A stretch of 64,000 bases of DNA from Candidatus Sumerlaeaceae bacterium (GCA_051003195.1 JBPCLP010000030.1:40748-104747), one strand, 5' to 3'. Positions 27,542 to 38,585 are shown, counted from the stretch's first letter. The notes: a model not told the origin generated them from the letters alone. Program-made: numbers and translations.

Positions 27542-28462
27542 ATGTCTAAGAAGCAGCCGAACCTCGCGCCATTTCTGGATGCGCTTGCGGCCAAGTACCA
27601 CGATAGCGCGTACCTTGGCAGCGATCCGCTGCAGATTGTGCACTCGTTTCACACGCGCGAGGATCGCGAAATAGCAGCGCTGTTCTGTGCATTACTGGCA
27701 TACGGGAATGTGAAGCAGATCTTGCGGAGCCTGCAGCGCCTTTTCGGCGCAATGGGCAATGCGCCTTACCTCTTTGTACGAAATTATAACCATGAAGCGG
27801 CAGGTGTTGCCCTTCGCGGATTCAAGCATCGCTTTACGGATGAAACCGATGTGATGTGCCTATGCTGGCTGCTGAACCAGGCGCTGCAGGAATGCGGGAC
27901 TTTGGAACGCTTTTTTTTGAAGGGACATGATACGAGCGAACCCGATGTCGTAGGCGCGGCAGGACGCTTTATCGAGAATCTGCAGAAGCTTTCATTTGAG
28001 CCGCATTTTGGTCGCGACGCGATGGTCACTAAATCCTCTTTCAAGCATCTGCTGCCCCGAGCAGACAAAGGCAGCGCGTGTAAACGTATTCATCTCTGGC
28101 TCAGGTGGATGATTCGCCCCGCCGACGGGATTGATCTTGGACTGTGGACCGGTATATCCCCGGACAAATTGATCATTCCTGTGGATACGCACGTGCTGCG
28201 TATTGCGCAAAACCTCGGACTGGTTAAACGAAACACCGGTTCGTTGCTGGTGGCGCGGGAAATAACGGCAGCTTTGCGCGGGGCGGATGCCGGTGATCCT
28301 GTGCGTTACGATTTTGCGCTTTGCCGGCTGGGAATTCTCAAAGCCTGTCCGACTGCGAGCTCCCTGGAAAATTGCCGCCCGTGCGAACTGCACGCCGTGT
28401 GTAAAAAGCGCGCATCGCTTGAGCGGCGCGCACGGCGGAGTGCAGTTCCAGTTCAAGCGTAG
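27542..28462 (+). CDS. TIGR02757/DUF2400 family HhH-GPD-like protein with C-terminal Cys cluster
   Basis: DP..D.EI, AYGNVKQI, SACKRIHLWLRWMIR, DLGLW, IPVDTHV, DPVRYDFAL. Confidence 0.88.
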   Translation: MSKKQPNLAPFLDALAAKYHDSAYLGSDPLQIVHSFHTREDREIAALFCALLAYGNVKQILRSLQRLFGAMGNAPYLFVRNYNHEAAGVALRGFKHRFTDETDVMCLCWLLNQALQECGTLERFFLKGHDTSEPDVVGAAGRFIENLQKLSFEPHFGRDAMVTKSSFKHLLPRADKGSACKRIHLWLRWMIRPADGIDLGLWTGISPDKLIIPVDTHVLRIAQNLGLVKRNTGSLLVAREITAALRGADAGDPVRYDFALCRLGILKACPTASSLENCRPCELHAVCKKRASLERRARRSAVPVQA

Positions 28463-28477
28463 TAAGTTCCGACTGCC

Positions 28478-30139
28478 TCACCGCGCTGCCGAGTAGCGAG
28501 CAACCCGAACTTTTCCATACTGGCCGAGATGCTGAAGTTTATCTGTGCCGGCCTTCGGAATGTTAAAGTGCATGAGCATTTTCTCGAGAGTTCCGTCGCT
28601 TGCGGCAAGCAGGTAAACGGTGGGCACTCGCTGGCAGAGATCACGCGGCGCAATGTCGTATGAGATGGGCTGTTGCCGGCCCGCGCGATAGGCATAGTAA
28701 TCGAGCGCGACTGCGTCCGCGTCTGTCTCATGTACGATTACTGATTGCGGGCGGTTGTCTCCTACGACCGCCGCGATGGCCTGGTCGGGACGATGGTCGC
28801 GCCAAACGGCGGACATGCTTCGCCACCCGTTGCCCATCGCCAGCAGCGCAAGTACTCCCACGGCAATCCGGCTCGGCCACGCTGCGGAAACTGGTGGTGT
28901 GTCCTTCTCCTGCGACGGTGCGATGCCGAATTTGATCACGTGATTGAACATCAGCGACGCTCCGATGACAGACCAGGCCCCGAGTATGGCAAATGCAGGT
29001 GCGGCTATTGTGAAGTTCCGCGAGAATGCAGACGTGGACGTGAACGCGGCCAGCGGGACGCAAAGCCACACGATTGGGACTGCCAGTAAAAGCGTATGTC
29101 GGGCAAAGCTGTTGCCGCGCAGCGCACAAATCAGAACTGTGGTCGTGCCTGCAATTACCATGGCCCAGTTCAGCCATACACCCGGCAGAGGACCGGCTCC
29201 TTCTGCGAGTAATTGCGCATGCGTTCTGAGGGCGCTCAGGAAGTCGTGGAAACTTGTGGTGCGATGTGTATTCTGTGCCTGAAGTTGCACCCAGACACGG
29301 GTCCAGCACAGGAGTGCCAGCGCCAGCGCCGCGGGAGCGGTGACGAGAGCTGAAAAAAGTGCGCGATTGCCGATGACACGACGCCATATGGGCCTGTGAG
29401 CATCTGCATCCGTTGCGCGGGGTCGCTGAGGAGCGGTCGGCGTTGGTTGTTGCGAGAGCCAAGTCGTCACAGCGGCGAGGGCGAGAAGCGCGGTTCCGAA
29501 AATGAGTGGCAGCAGGAACCAGATGTTTGTCGGCAGAGTATATTGCGCCAGGAACACTGCGCTACCGAGCAAAGCCACGACAGTATACCAGCGCATCGAG
29601 CTGCTATACGCAATTACCGTTAGTGCGACGGTGATGTAGGCAATGCACGGCATGTAGCCGCGCAACTGGAATGAGTGGTAGGCGACTACCGGCGCGGAAA
29701 TGAGCAGTAATGACACGAGTGACGCCACGACCACATCACGCGACACGAGTTTTCTCGCCAGAAGGAAGCCTGCGCCGCACGCGACAAATGCAGCCAGGAC
29801 TACGGGCAAACGCAGCAGGTAGAGAGATGGCTTCAGGTACTCGCGTGGCCCGATGACATCCAGCACAAACATCCATACGCGCAGTAGCAGGGTAAATCCT
29901 ATGTGGTTATTGGGGAGATCGTACGTGGTCGCGATATGGTGAAACGAAGTGCTGGCATACTCGCGCAACGTATAGTGTTCGTCATAGATGATGGGCAGCG
30001 CAGCGTTGATGAGCGGAAACAGCGCGGCCATCACAAGAATTGCTGTCGCAAGCATCCAGTCGGTCGTGGAAGCCGACGATCTTTGCTTCGCCGCCTGCTT
30101 GCTTTGCGAACGTCGCGGCACGGGCCGCTGCCTGGCCAC
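28478..30139 (-). CDS. Polytopic membrane protein, probable GT-C (ArnT/PMT-like) glycosyltransferase
   Basis: YDE after the first TM, PNNH, LRLP, QLRGY; more than 10 hydrophobic segments. Confidence 0.72.
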   Translation of the reverse strand: MARQRPVPRRSQSKQAAKQRSSASTTDWMLATAILVMAALFPLINAALPIIYDEHYTLREYASTSFHHIATTYDLPNNHIGFTLLLRVWMFVLDVIGPREYLKPSLYLLRLPVVLAAFVACGAGFLLARKLVSRDVVVASLVSLLLISAPVVAYHSFQLRGYMPCIAYITVALTVIAYSSSMRWYTVVALLGSAVFLAQYTLPTNIWFLLPLIFGTALLALAAVTTWLSQQPTPTAPQRPRATDADAHRPIWRRVIGNRALFSALVTAPAALALALLCWTRVWVQLQAQNTHRTTSFHDFLSALRTHAQLLAEGAGPLPGVWLNWAMVIAGTTTVLICALRGNSFARHTLLLAVPIVWLCVPLAAFTSTSAFSRNFTIAAPAFAILGAWSVIGASLMFNHVIKFGIAPSQEKDTPPVSAAWPSRIAVGVLALLAMGNGWRSMSAVWRDHRPDQAIAAVVGDNRPQSVIVHETDADAVALDYYAYRAGRQQPISYDIAPRDLCQRVPTVYLLAASDGTLEKMLMHFNIPKAGTDKLQHLGQYGKVRVARYSAAR

Positions 30140-31243
30140 TTATGCGATGCGCTTTTGGAATCGTGCGGCGCTGAGCGTTACGAGTACGACCGCGAAACCA
30201 GCAAGTGCCAGCGTTTGCGGCCAGAGCGCCCACAGACCTGCGCCCCTGAGAATGATTCCGCGCAGGATCTGGACATAATAGGTCACTGGAATTGCCCACC
30301 CGATGGCGCGAATGACGGCAGGCATGGTCTCGCGGGGAAATGCGAAACCCGAGAGAAGAACGGAGGGCAGCATGATGAGCAGTGAAAGCTGCATTGCCTG
30401 CGCCTGGTTTATGGCGACGGTGGAGATGAGAATTCCGAGCGCGAGGCTTGGCAGCAGGAATAACGCGGACAAGCTGAGTAGCAGAAAAACGTCCCCTTCA
30501 ATGTGTACCCCGAAAACAAAACGCATAAGCGTGAGCACCAGAAGCGTCTGTAACATGCCGATGACCGCATACGGAATAAGCTTTCCGAGAATCAGCGCAG
30601 ACTTGCTGACCGGTGTGACCGCGAGTTGTTCCAATGTGCCGCGTTCGCGTTCGCGTACAATTGCGAATGCAGTCAGCATCACCGTGACAAGCTGTAGAAT
30701 GATGCCCACGAGACCGGGCACGTAAAAATGCGAGCTAATTAAATCGGGATTAAATAAGACGCGTGGGCGCACGTCGACGGGCGCAGCATCGAGTTGAATC
30801 CCGGAAACCAGGCGCGACTCGATCTCGGCAACGCCGCGACCGGTCTGCACCGCGTTCATGGCGACGGTGCTGTCCGACCCGTCGACGAGAAGCTGTACAT
30901 TCGCCTGCTGCCCACGCAGGCGATCGGCGCTGTAATCCGGCGGTACGATGATGGCGACACGAGCGGTGCCGGCAATGATGCGCCGGCGAGCTTCGGCCTC
31001 GCTTGGCACTTCGCCCACGATGTCGAACGAGCCTGTGTTTTGAAAGCGCTCGACAAGTCGACGGCTTTCGGTGCTGCGATCGAGGTCGCATACGACCGAG
31101 CGGATGTGCTGGACATCAAGATCGATGGCGAAACCAAAGATCATAGTCTGGATGACGGGCACCATGAAGACGAACCGCGTGCTGGGATCGCGGCGCACCT
31201 GCAACAATTCCTTGTAGATTATAGCGAGCAGCCCGCGCAGCAT
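30140..31243 (-). CDS. ABC-2 type transporter permease (YbhR/S-like)
   Basis: KELLQVRRD, VDGSDS, AIVRERERGTLEQL, LSGFAFP. Confidence 0.92.
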   Translation of the reverse strand: MLRGLLAIIYKELLQVRRDPSTRFVFMVPVIQTMIFGFAIDLDVQHIRSVVCDLDRSTESRRLVERFQNTGSFDIVGEVPSEAEARRRIIAGTARVAIIVPPDYSADRLRGQQANVQLLVDGSDSTVAMNAVQTGRGVAEIESRLVSGIQLDAAPVDVRPRVLFNPDLISSHFYVPGLVGIILQLVTVMLTAFAIVRERERGTLEQLAVTPVSKSALILGKLIPYAVIGMLQTLLVLTLMRFVFGVHIEGDVFLLLSLSALFLLPSLALGILISTVAINQAQAMQLSLLIMLPSVLLSGFAFPRETMPAVIRAIGWAIPVTYYVQILRGIILRGAGLWALWPQTLALAGFAVVLVTLSAARFQKRIA

Positions 31244-32223
31244 CAGGCCGAAGCCCTGGCGCGCACGCCGGCGCTGGATGCTTCGATCTTGCCCTCGGCA
31301 GCACGGCGACGCGTCAGCATTACAAAGACGTCTTCCAGTGTCGGTTCGATCTGCCGGATTTCCTTCGGCCCAAGCTTCTCCGCCTCCAGAAATTGCCGAA
31401 TGTTATCTTCTGTAAGTTCCTTGCGCGCGAGCAAGTGAATGGAGTGCCCGAATAATGTAGCATCGACGACACCGTCGAGTTCGCGCAAGGCCACCAATGC
31501 GCGACGGCTTTCACCCACTTCCACTTCAAGGCGGCGCGTTTGTTCCGGCGTCACCTCGGGCAACTCTTTGAGTTCGGACGGTTTGCCGAGCACGATCAGC
31601 TTGCTGAGGTAAATGTACCCGACATCGGTGCAACGCTCCGCTTCGTCCATGTAATGCGTTGTGACAAACAAAGTGGTTCCCGCGCTCGACAATCGAAACA
31701 GCAAATCCCAAAGATCGCGACGTGCAACCGGGTCGATACCGGCGGTTGGCTCATCGAGAAAAATAATCCGGGGTTCGTGCAGCAGTGCGCACGCAACAGC
31801 GAGGCGCTGCTTCCAGCCACCGGACAGGCGACCGGCAAGGCGCGACGTGTAGGGTTCGAGCTCAAGCAGATCGATGACGTCGGCTCGGCGTTGACGCAAG
31901 CGCTCTGCAGTGAGCCCGTAAACGCGGCCGAAGAAGTGGATGTTCTCGTCCACGGACAGGTCCTCGTAGAGGCTGAACTTCTGCGAGGTATAACCAATAC
32001 GTTCTTTTATGGCTTCCGGCCGTCGCACCACGTCGATACCATCGAGGATGGCCGTGCCGCTGCTGGGAGCAAGCAATCCGCAGAGCATGCGAATGACCGT
32101 GGATTTCCCGCTGCCGTTGGGACCCAGAAAACCGAATATGGATCCCGGTTCTATATTAAAACTTACGTCGTCGACAGCCGTGAAATTACCGAAACGGCGC
32201 GTCAGTCCCTGGGCCGAGATCAT
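31243..32223 (-). CDS. ABC transporter ATP-binding protein (YbhF-like)
   Basis: GPNGSGKS, LSGGWKQR, LDEPTAGIDP, TTHYMDEAE. Confidence 0.94.
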   Translation of the reverse strand: MISAQGLTRRFGNFTAVDDVSFNIEPGSIFGFLGPNGSGKSTVIRMLCGLLAPSSGTAILDGIDVVRRPEAIKERIGYTSQKFSLYEDLSVDENIHFFGRVYGLTAERLRQRRADVIDLLELEPYTSRLAGRLSGGWKQRLAVACALLHEPRIIFLDEPTAGIDPVARRDLWDLLFRLSSAGTTLFVTTHYMDEAERCTDVGYIYLSKLIVLGKPSELKELPEVTPEQTRRLEVEVGESRRALVALRELDGVVDATLFGHSIHLLARKELTEDNIRQFLEAEKLGPKEIRQIEPTLEDVFVMLTRRRAAEGKIEASSAGVRARASA

Positions 32224-32338
32224 GTGAATGTGACGGAACAGTTTGAGAATTTAGAAATAAGGACTCTTCCGCGCGGCTGATTACCTGCATACAATTGTCC
32301 GCACCTGTTTAGCCGGTGCATTGCAGGTTTAACACGCT

Positions 32339-33472
32339 TCACTTTACATGCACATCCGCGTACATGCCTGCGCGGAGGCGTTCGGGGCTATCGATTACAT
32401 CAACTTTCATTTCGAAAACCAGTTCGCTGCGTTTCTCTGTTGTCTGGACGTTCCTTGGCGTGAACTCCGCGTCGCTGGCGAGCCGGCGTACCTTGCCTCG
32501 CAGCCGTTCACCGGGTATCGAATCCACTGTGACAGCTACTTCCTGGCCCGGCTTCACTTCTGCCAGCCGGTTTTCAGGGACAAAGCAGCGCACATACGGC
32601 GCTCTTCGAAGGTTAAGCACGGCGATCGTTTCACCCGGCTTTACGAGGTCGCCAACTTTGAGGTCGAGTGTTTCGACCATCGCGTCAGCGGGGGCGGTGA
32701 TTTTCATTTCGGCAAGCTGGCTTTCAAAGCGCGCAACATTTGCCCGCGCAGAATCCACCGCAGCTCGTTGTGCGGCAATCTCCTCGGGTCGTGGGCCGTT
32801 CTTTAACCGCATCTGGTCGGCGCGTGCCTGTGCGAGCTGGGCCTCGGCGCGCGTAATCTCCTCGGGCCGGCTACCGCTCTGCATCAGGGCCGCACGCTGA
32901 GTCGCCGCGTTCACCCTGGCTTTTGCTGTCTCCACTGCACTTCTCGCCTTATCGAACTCACTTTGGTCGATAGTGCGTGTTTTGAACAGCGCCTGCGTCC
33001 GATCGAATTCCCTCTGCGCGAGTGCCTGCTCACTTTGTGCGCTGGCAAGCTGTGCGGCCGCCTCGCGCACTTCTTCTTCACGGAATCCTTTGCGCCTCAT
33101 GTCGAGTTCGGCAAGAGTTGCACTGACGACGGCGTCGGCTCGCATAATGTCCTCGGCACGTGTGCCTGCCAGCAGCAGGTCGAGTTGAGCCTGCGCCTGC
33201 GCCTGGGCCGCTTTTGCCTGGTCTCGTTGTGCGACGAGTTCCTGGTCCTCGAGCGAGACCACCGGCTCGCCCGCTTTTACCGACTGGCTTTCTTCGTAAT
33301 GGAGCTTCGCCACACGTCCGCCAACTTTAGATCCAATGTGGATGGAATCGACTTCAACGCGGCCGCTGACTACCAGGCCGGTGTGTTCACTCTTGTTGCA
33401 CGCGCTACATAGCACGACAACTGCCGGCAGCAGAAGAAGGCGTCGGCAAATCCGCAGAATATCCGCTCTCAT
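32339..33472 (-). CDS. HlyD/YbhG-family periplasmic adaptor (lipoprotein)
   Basis: LCSA-C lipobox-like; long coiled coil; AEFTPRNVQT; start codon uncertain. Confidence 0.9.
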   Translation of the reverse strand: MRADILRICRRLLLLPAVVVLCSACNKSEHTGLVVSGRVEVDSIHIGSKVGGRVAKLHYEESQSVKAGEPVVSLEDQELVAQRDQAKAAQAQAQAQLDLLLAGTRAEDIMRADAVVSATLAELDMRRKGFREEEVREAAAQLASAQSEQALAQREFDRTQALFKTRTIDQSEFDKARSAVETAKARVNAATQRAALMQSGSRPEEITRAEAQLAQARADQMRLKNGPRPEEIAAQRAAVDSARANVARFESQLAEMKITAPADAMVETLDLKVGDLVKPGETIAVLNLRRAPYVRCFVPENRLAEVKPGQEVAVTVDSIPGERLRGKVRRLASDAEFTPRNVQTTEKRSELVFEMKVDVIDSPERLRAGMYADVHVK

Positions 33473-33545
33473 GAACCACATGTTCAAAGCCCACAAAAGC
33501 CTCGTCAAAGCTTTCCGTGTCGCAATGCGCTGTAACCCTCGGAGT

Positions 33546-34835
33546 TTAAAGCTTTATAAGCGCGCCCTGGCCGGCGGTCAGCCAAAGTGAAACCTCCTGC
33601 TCGAGCGGCACGAGCGATCCGTCCGCCGGCGAAACTTGCTGCGGCCAGGCGTCCTGTTGCATTAACGTCACCTGGAATTTGGCGGACTGCTCAAGGCTTA
33701 GGTTCACCACCATGATGTACTTGCTGGCATCGGGGCCGTCGAATTCGCCGATCATCAGGGGGGCTTCGCACTGCGCGCTCTCTACAAGTTGTCCGGGCAG
33801 TAGCGGCAAATCCGCGACGGGCGCAGGCGACGTAAAGTACACACCCGTGTTCTTTAGCTTTCGCATGTGCGAACCGATCACCTGGAGCTGCTCGTTCACC
33901 ATTTTGAGGTAGCTCCATGTCTGCGTTTTGTGACCCTGCTTGTCGACAGCCGCGTACGCGTAACCTTTCTGATAGTATGTGAACCATGTGACGCCCTGTC
34001 CACCTGCAGCCAAGGTCGTATACGCTTGGAATAGCAGGTTCGCGGGCGAAGGTACGGGGGTGTACGGACGGATGCGGTTACCCGAGACAATGTTCCAGAA
34101 CGGTAGATGGTGCTTCTGTGCGACACGCCGCACAGCCATAAGATTGCGGTAGTAGCTCACCGTTGCCGTTGAAATCTTGAGGTCGTTCGACATCTGTACT
34201 CGATAATTGTCGTAGCTGATGAACTGTGGCTTTACCTCGGTGACATAGCGTTCGAGGTATTCTTCGTAGCTGTCTGTTTCGAGCTGCGACATGCTGGTGT
34301 TGTTGATGGTGGCATAGTCTGGATACAAATTAATGTAAGCGAGCTTTCCGGGAGCGAGCTTCCGCACAGCATCGACTGCTTTACCCAGCGCTTGGAACTG
34401 CGATGCTCCGGGCTCGTCGGTAAGCAGGTAACCCAGCACTGCGCTGCTTGCTTCTGAATCATCGACCATCTTCTTCACATAGCTGGTTATATCATCATCC
34501 GAGAGTCCGGCCCACTTTTTGTTCGCCCGGTCATATGCTACGATCGCTTTTAGTCCGAGTTTTTCGCATTCGGGCAACAAGCTGGGGCGCACGAATGCGG
34601 CGACGGTGAACCCACAGTCGGCGAGGCTCTTAAGTCCATGATCCGGATCCTCCCAGTACTCCTGGTCCTGAGGAGTGGATTCCCACGGTGTGATTGGAAA
34701 AAAGTCGGCCGGAATGTCCCAGTCGGGCAACGAGGTCAAAGATGCCGCTGCAGTGGTCTGCTCTTGAGCAGCCACTGAACCAGGAAGCGAAAACCACAAC
34801 ATGCTGGAGCACGCAAAAAGGATATGTTTTAACAT
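33546..34835 (-). CDS. Secreted putative glycoside hydrolase (TIM-barrel-like)
   Basis: Signal peptide; GYLLTDEP, YINLYP, ISYDNY, TTLAAGGQGVTWFTY; family uncertain. Confidence 0.65.
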   Translation of the reverse strand: MLKHILFACSSMLWFSLPGSVAAQEQTTAAASLTSLPDWDIPADFFPITPWESTPQDQEYWEDPDHGLKSLADCGFTVAAFVRPSLLPECEKLGLKAIVAYDRANKKWAGLSDDDITSYVKKMVDDSEASSAVLGYLLTDEPGASQFQALGKAVDAVRKLAPGKLAYINLYPDYATINNTSMSQLETDSYEEYLERYVTEVKPQFISYDNYRVQMSNDLKISTATVSYYRNLMAVRRVAQKHHLPFWNIVSGNRIRPYTPVPSPANLLFQAYTTLAAGGQGVTWFTYYQKGYAYAAVDKQGHKTQTWSYLKMVNEQLQVIGSHMRKLKNTGVYFTSPAPVADLPLLPGQLVESAQCEAPLMIGEFDGPDASKYIMVVNLSLEQSAKFQVTLMQQDAWPQQVSPADGSLVPLEQEVSLWLTAGQGALIKL

Positions 34836-34931
34836 GGAGACCTCAATGTAAGAATTGGTGGACGGGACTGCCCCGACTGACGAAGGGCTGACACAGAATG
34901 CAACACATACCAGCTTAGTTAAATATCCTGA

Positions 34932-35711
34932 TTAATAATGCGCTGACTGCAAAAAAGCCGCGAAATCTTCAACTCGTTTTGACTGCGGCGGTGGTGAAAA
35001 CTGGAATGCCGAAAGTGGTGATTTGCTGTTGAGATCCCAGCGATAGTTCACACGCACATCAACTTTTGCGGGAACTGCAATGGTTTCGGATTGCGGTAAC
35101 GGCAAGGCTCTGGCGCGGAGGACCAGCTCCCGGTTGTTATGTGTGAGAATATGGAACCTTCCGCCTGATGTCGTCAGTGTGCGTACGTGACCGGTGCGTT
35201 CCATCTGCATGTGATCGTAGGGCGTGAGTTTCTCGGTAAATAAGTAGCCGGTCAACTGACCGGGCATAGACTGTGCCAGCAAGCTGAGCGTTGCCGTAAG
35301 TGCGTCATTGCGTTTAACTGTCCCTTCTACAGAATGCTTTGTTATTGCATCATACCCTCTAACACTGACACCATCAAAGCAGACCAGAAGATCCATGTAC
35401 TTCGTTTCGGTACCGCGCGTGTCTACTCGCGCGATGTGTATTCGAAGTTTATCGGCGTCCACGCGAATGATTTCAACCGTCGCAGAACTGTTGTCCTGAC
35501 GTCCGCGGTAGGTTATGCTTGTGACGGAGTCGACGTCGAGTTTGTAGTGGCGCAAACGACTAAATTGCGTATGCATCGATTTGAGCATGTACAATGCGCT
35601 GGTGGTGGGTGTCTGGCTTGAGGACTCATCGACGGCAGACCCGCATGAGCTCGAAACAAGCATGCAGCTCAGCGACACCACTGCTATAGTAAGCGCTTTA
35701 ATTCTGACCAC
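34932..35711 (-). CDS. Putative lipoprotein, LolA/DUF2092-like fold
   Basis: Hydrophobic N-terminus with SSS-C; CFDG and FQFSPP tail typical of LolA-like proteins; start uncertain. Confidence 0.5.
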   Translation of the reverse strand: MVRIKALTIAVVSLSCMLVSSSCGSAVDESSSQTPTTSALYMLKSMHTQFSRLRHYKLDVDSVTSITYRGRQDNSSATVEIIRVDADKLRIHIARVDTRGTETKYMDLLVCFDGVSVRGYDAITKHSVEGTVKRNDALTATLSLLAQSMPGQLTGYLFTEKLTPYDHMQMERTGHVRTLTTSGGRFHILTHNNRELVLRARALPLPQSETIAVPAKVDVRVNYRWDLNSKSPLSAFQFSPPPQSKRVEDFAAFLQSAHY

Positions 35712-35719
35712 CCACCGCT

Positions 35720-37222
35720 TTAATCCTGAGGCCTCCGCAGTCGCAGGCTGCGCAACGCTAAACCGATATCCCGTGTGGTAGTCGCAGATTGCGCGCCGGT
35801 TATTTGCGGCTGCTCGATGCACAGTTCGATAACACGCTCAGCGCACTGGACAGGTAACGTGATGTGTTTCCAGCCGCCTCGCTCCAGTTTCAGAGTCAGG
35901 GGTACCTCGTTAAGCTGGATTTCTGGCGACAGGTCAGACATCACGTCTGCACAGTATTCAAGCTGCAGATGCGTGCAGCCGTTTGGATTTTTCAGGTAAG
36001 CAGTAAAAGAACTGAGAAGATACCTGCCTGTCTTTCCACTAATGACTTCTGGCGCTCGCACGCCACGAACCGCGAGGCGGTTGACGTTCTGATCCGCGAG
36101 TTCCAGTTCCGAAAGCAGCAGGTCAGCCGGCACAAATTGCCGAAGTATCCTTTTCGCCACGGCTGGATCCTTACGCAGTTGCACCAGCACATCCGCTGCG
36201 GCAGATGAAGGTACGGTATTGGGTAAAGTCTGTCGGTGCCCCGAAGGCACGTCCCGCAGCTTGCGGGCGTATAAGTTCATACAGCCAGCCGTAAGACTGA
36301 GCAGGACTGACAGAGGTCCGTGTACGATTCGCTTCGGAAGCCAGGCATTCAGATCCCCCGGAATGCGCAGCCGATTCATCCACCGAAGCGCACGAAAGCC
36401 CAGGCTTATGTAGTAGCACTGCACCTGTGTTTGACCGAAACCTCCTGCCTTCAGACCGCGCCGATACTTGTAGAAGTACGGTCGCGTTTCATGCATGCCC
36501 TCCTCATAATCCAGGTCCCCTTCGCTGTACTCGGCGGCCCGGTCCAGAACGGATGCAAGCGGCTCGGCAATCAGCAGCAGTTGACCGCCGGGTTTCAGAA
36601 CCCGGTTTGCTTCGCGCATAAAGCGGGGGAGGTCGAACAGATGATGCGCGACGGCCCGCAGCACCACGTAATCGAAGAACGCATCCGGAAACGGCAGGTA
36701 ATCCGCGTCCGCAATGGCGCGTTGGAACAGGGGAGTAGTCATAGGGGTTCCACGAAGAATCTGGTAGAAGTCTTTGCCTTCAAGGTCGGCAAACGCCATC
36801 CATCGCACGTCATCGTGCAAATCAAACAAGTTCATATCGACGGCCCATACCTGCGCGCCGCGCTCAGCGAACTTCTGGCTTACTTCGCCGCAGCCTGCGC
36901 CTACATCCAGGATTCTCGGTGCGCGACTGAAGTCAACCTGGCTTGTTGCCTGCTCAAAGTACGCCGTGAGATTCTTAAAGAGTGTGGCACCCGTCTGCTG
37001 GTGCGCCGCAATGCGGTCGCGCTCGACTGCGCCCGACTTTAGCTTTGCGCAGAAATCCCGGTACAGCACGACTTCGCGCAGCTTCAAGTACCAGTCTTCG
37101 CCATAAAAAACAAGGTAGGGAACACCGTCAACCACAGGGTAATCGAGCTTGCATTGCGTGCAGTGCAGAAAGGCGTCAGCGAGCTCGAGCTTACCAACGC
37201 AGCGGGGACAAACGTAGTCCAT
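35720..37222 (-). CDS. Class I SAM-dependent methyltransferase with N-terminal Trm112-like Zn domain
   Basis: CPRC...CTQC..YPVVDGVP; ILDVGAGCG; ADADYLPFPDAFFD; RVLKPGG. Confidence 0.88.
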   Translation of the reverse strand: MDYVCPRCVGKLELADAFLHCTQCKLDYPVVDGVPYLVFYGEDWYLKLREVVLYRDFCAKLKSGAVERDRIAAHQQTGATLFKNLTAYFEQATSQVDFSRAPRILDVGAGCGEVSQKFAERGAQVWAVDMNLFDLHDDVRWMAFADLEGKDFYQILRGTPMTTPLFQRAIADADYLPFPDAFFDYVVLRAVAHHLFDLPRFMREANRVLKPGGQLLLIAEPLASVLDRAAEYSEGDLDYEEGMHETRPYFYKYRRGLKAGGFGQTQVQCYYISLGFRALRWMNRLRIPGDLNAWLPKRIVHGPLSVLLSLTAGCMNLYARKLRDVPSGHRQTLPNTVPSSAAADVLVQLRKDPAVAKRILRQFVPADLLLSELELADQNVNRLAVRGVRAPEVISGKTGRYLLSSFTAYLKNPNGCTHLQLEYCADVMSDLSPEIQLNEVPLTLKLERGGWKHITLPVQCAERVIELCIEQPQITGAQSATTTRDIGLALRSLRLRRPQD

Positions 37223-37270
37223 TGCCGAGCTCAAGAACTGGCCAATGGAGAGAAAGGCGGGGAAGAAGAA

Positions 37271-37347
<77 letters not shown>

Positions 37348-37432
37348 GCAAAACGTTTTCGATATACGGACTGCCATGTGCTTCATTCGCCGCTTCGCCA
37401 CCTTTTCTGGCGAAAAGTTTTTGGAGAGCGAA

Positions 37433-37508
37433 TGGTGGGTGGGACAGGGATCGAACCTGCGACCCCCAGCTTGTAAGGCTGGTGCTCTACCGGTTGAGCT
37501 ACCCACCC
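37433..37508 (-). tRNA. tRNA-Val (UAC)
   Basis: GGGTGGG/CCCACCC acceptor stem, CCAGC-CTTACAA-GCTGG anticodon arm, TTCGAT, encoded CCA. Confidence 0.97.
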
Positions 37509-37602
37509 CAAATGCGAACTACATTGCAACAGGGGAAGTGCAAAATTCACACAGCAACTGCGCGTGCGAGCCGGGTTGAGGCCCGGCTTGCAGCGGCTGA
37601 AG

Positions 37603-37998
37603 TTATTCTCCTGCGGCGAACGGAAGAAGCGCAACCACCCGCGCCCGCTTAATTGCAACGGTCAGCATGCGCTGGTGTGTCGCGCAATTGCCGGTGATGC
37701 GACGGGGGAGAAGCTTGCCACGCTCAGTGATAAACTTCCGGATGCGCTTGGTGTCCTTGTAGTCGATGTAATCGAGCTTATCCACGCAAAAGGCACAGAC
37801 CTTACGACGCGGGAAACGCTTGCCACCCATGGGACGTCGCGGCGCAAAACCGGTTTGCTGCCCCTGGTAGGGAGCATGTCCACCTCCGCCTCCGCCTTCG
37901 ACCGCCACAGGTGCAGCGGGTGCAGCAGGTGCCTGAGCATCTGCTACAGGCGCTTCTACTTCTGCCACATCGCCCGTCTCAATATTTTCATCTGCCAT
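37603..37998 (-). CDS. rpsR: 30S ribosomal protein S18 (Zn-binding type, long N-terminal extension)
   Basis: [37 protein letters not shown]. Confidence 0.97.
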   Translation of the reverse strand: MADENIETGDVAEVEAPVADAQAPAAPAAPVAVEGGGGGGHAPYQGQQTGFAPRRPMGGKRFPRRKVCAFCVDKLDYIDYKDTKRIRKFITERGKLLPRRITGNCATHQRMLTVAIKRARVVALLPFAAGE

Positions 37999-38027
37999 TT
38001 TCAAAATCTCCTGATCACTACTGCTTG

Positions 38028-38564
38028 TTAGAAGGGAATATCATCATGTACTGCAGGACCGCTGTCGAAGTCCAGGTTGTCGGAAGGTGCGCCAGTGGCT
38101 GCCGGTCCGCGACGCGCCTGTTGAGTGCCGCCACGATTGCCGCCGCCGGAACCTTGCTTCGCCGAACCGCCTCCCGAATAACCGCCGCCTTCGCTTTCTT
38201 CGCCTTCGCCGCCTGATTCACCACCCTGGGCGCGACTGCCAGCATCAAAAGACTTCACGTTATCGGCGCTGATCTTAATCTTGCTTTGCTTCTGGCCATC
38301 ACGCTCCCAGGTGTCCTGCTTCAAGCGGCCCTCAACAAAGACTGGCTGACCTTTTTTCATGGTCTCGGCACACCGCTCCGCCAGTTTTGCCCAGGCCTCG
38401 ACGTCGATAAACGTCGTGTCGTCGCGCCATTCCCCACTCTTGTCCTGAAACCTCCGGTTTACTGCCACCCCCAGTGTCGTCACAGCCATTCCGCTGGGCA
38501 GATACTTGGTTTCGGGGTCACGCGTCAGGCGGCCCGTGATCATCACCTTGTTGATCGAAAGCAT
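38028..38564 (-). CDS. ssb: Single-stranded DNA-binding protein
   Basis: [19 protein letters not shown], Gly-rich linker, DDIPF tail. Confidence 0.98.
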   Translation of the reverse strand: MLSINKVMITGRLTRDPETKYLPSGMAVTTLGVAVNRRFQDKSGEWRDDTTFIDVEAWAKLAERCAETMKKGQPVFVEGRLKQDTWERDGQKQSKIKISADNVKSFDAGSRAQGGESGGEGEESEGGGYSGGGSAKQGSGGGNRGGTQQARRGPAATGAPSDNLDFDSGPAVHDDIPF

Positions 38565-38585
38565 GAGTTCATTCCCTCCGATGTG

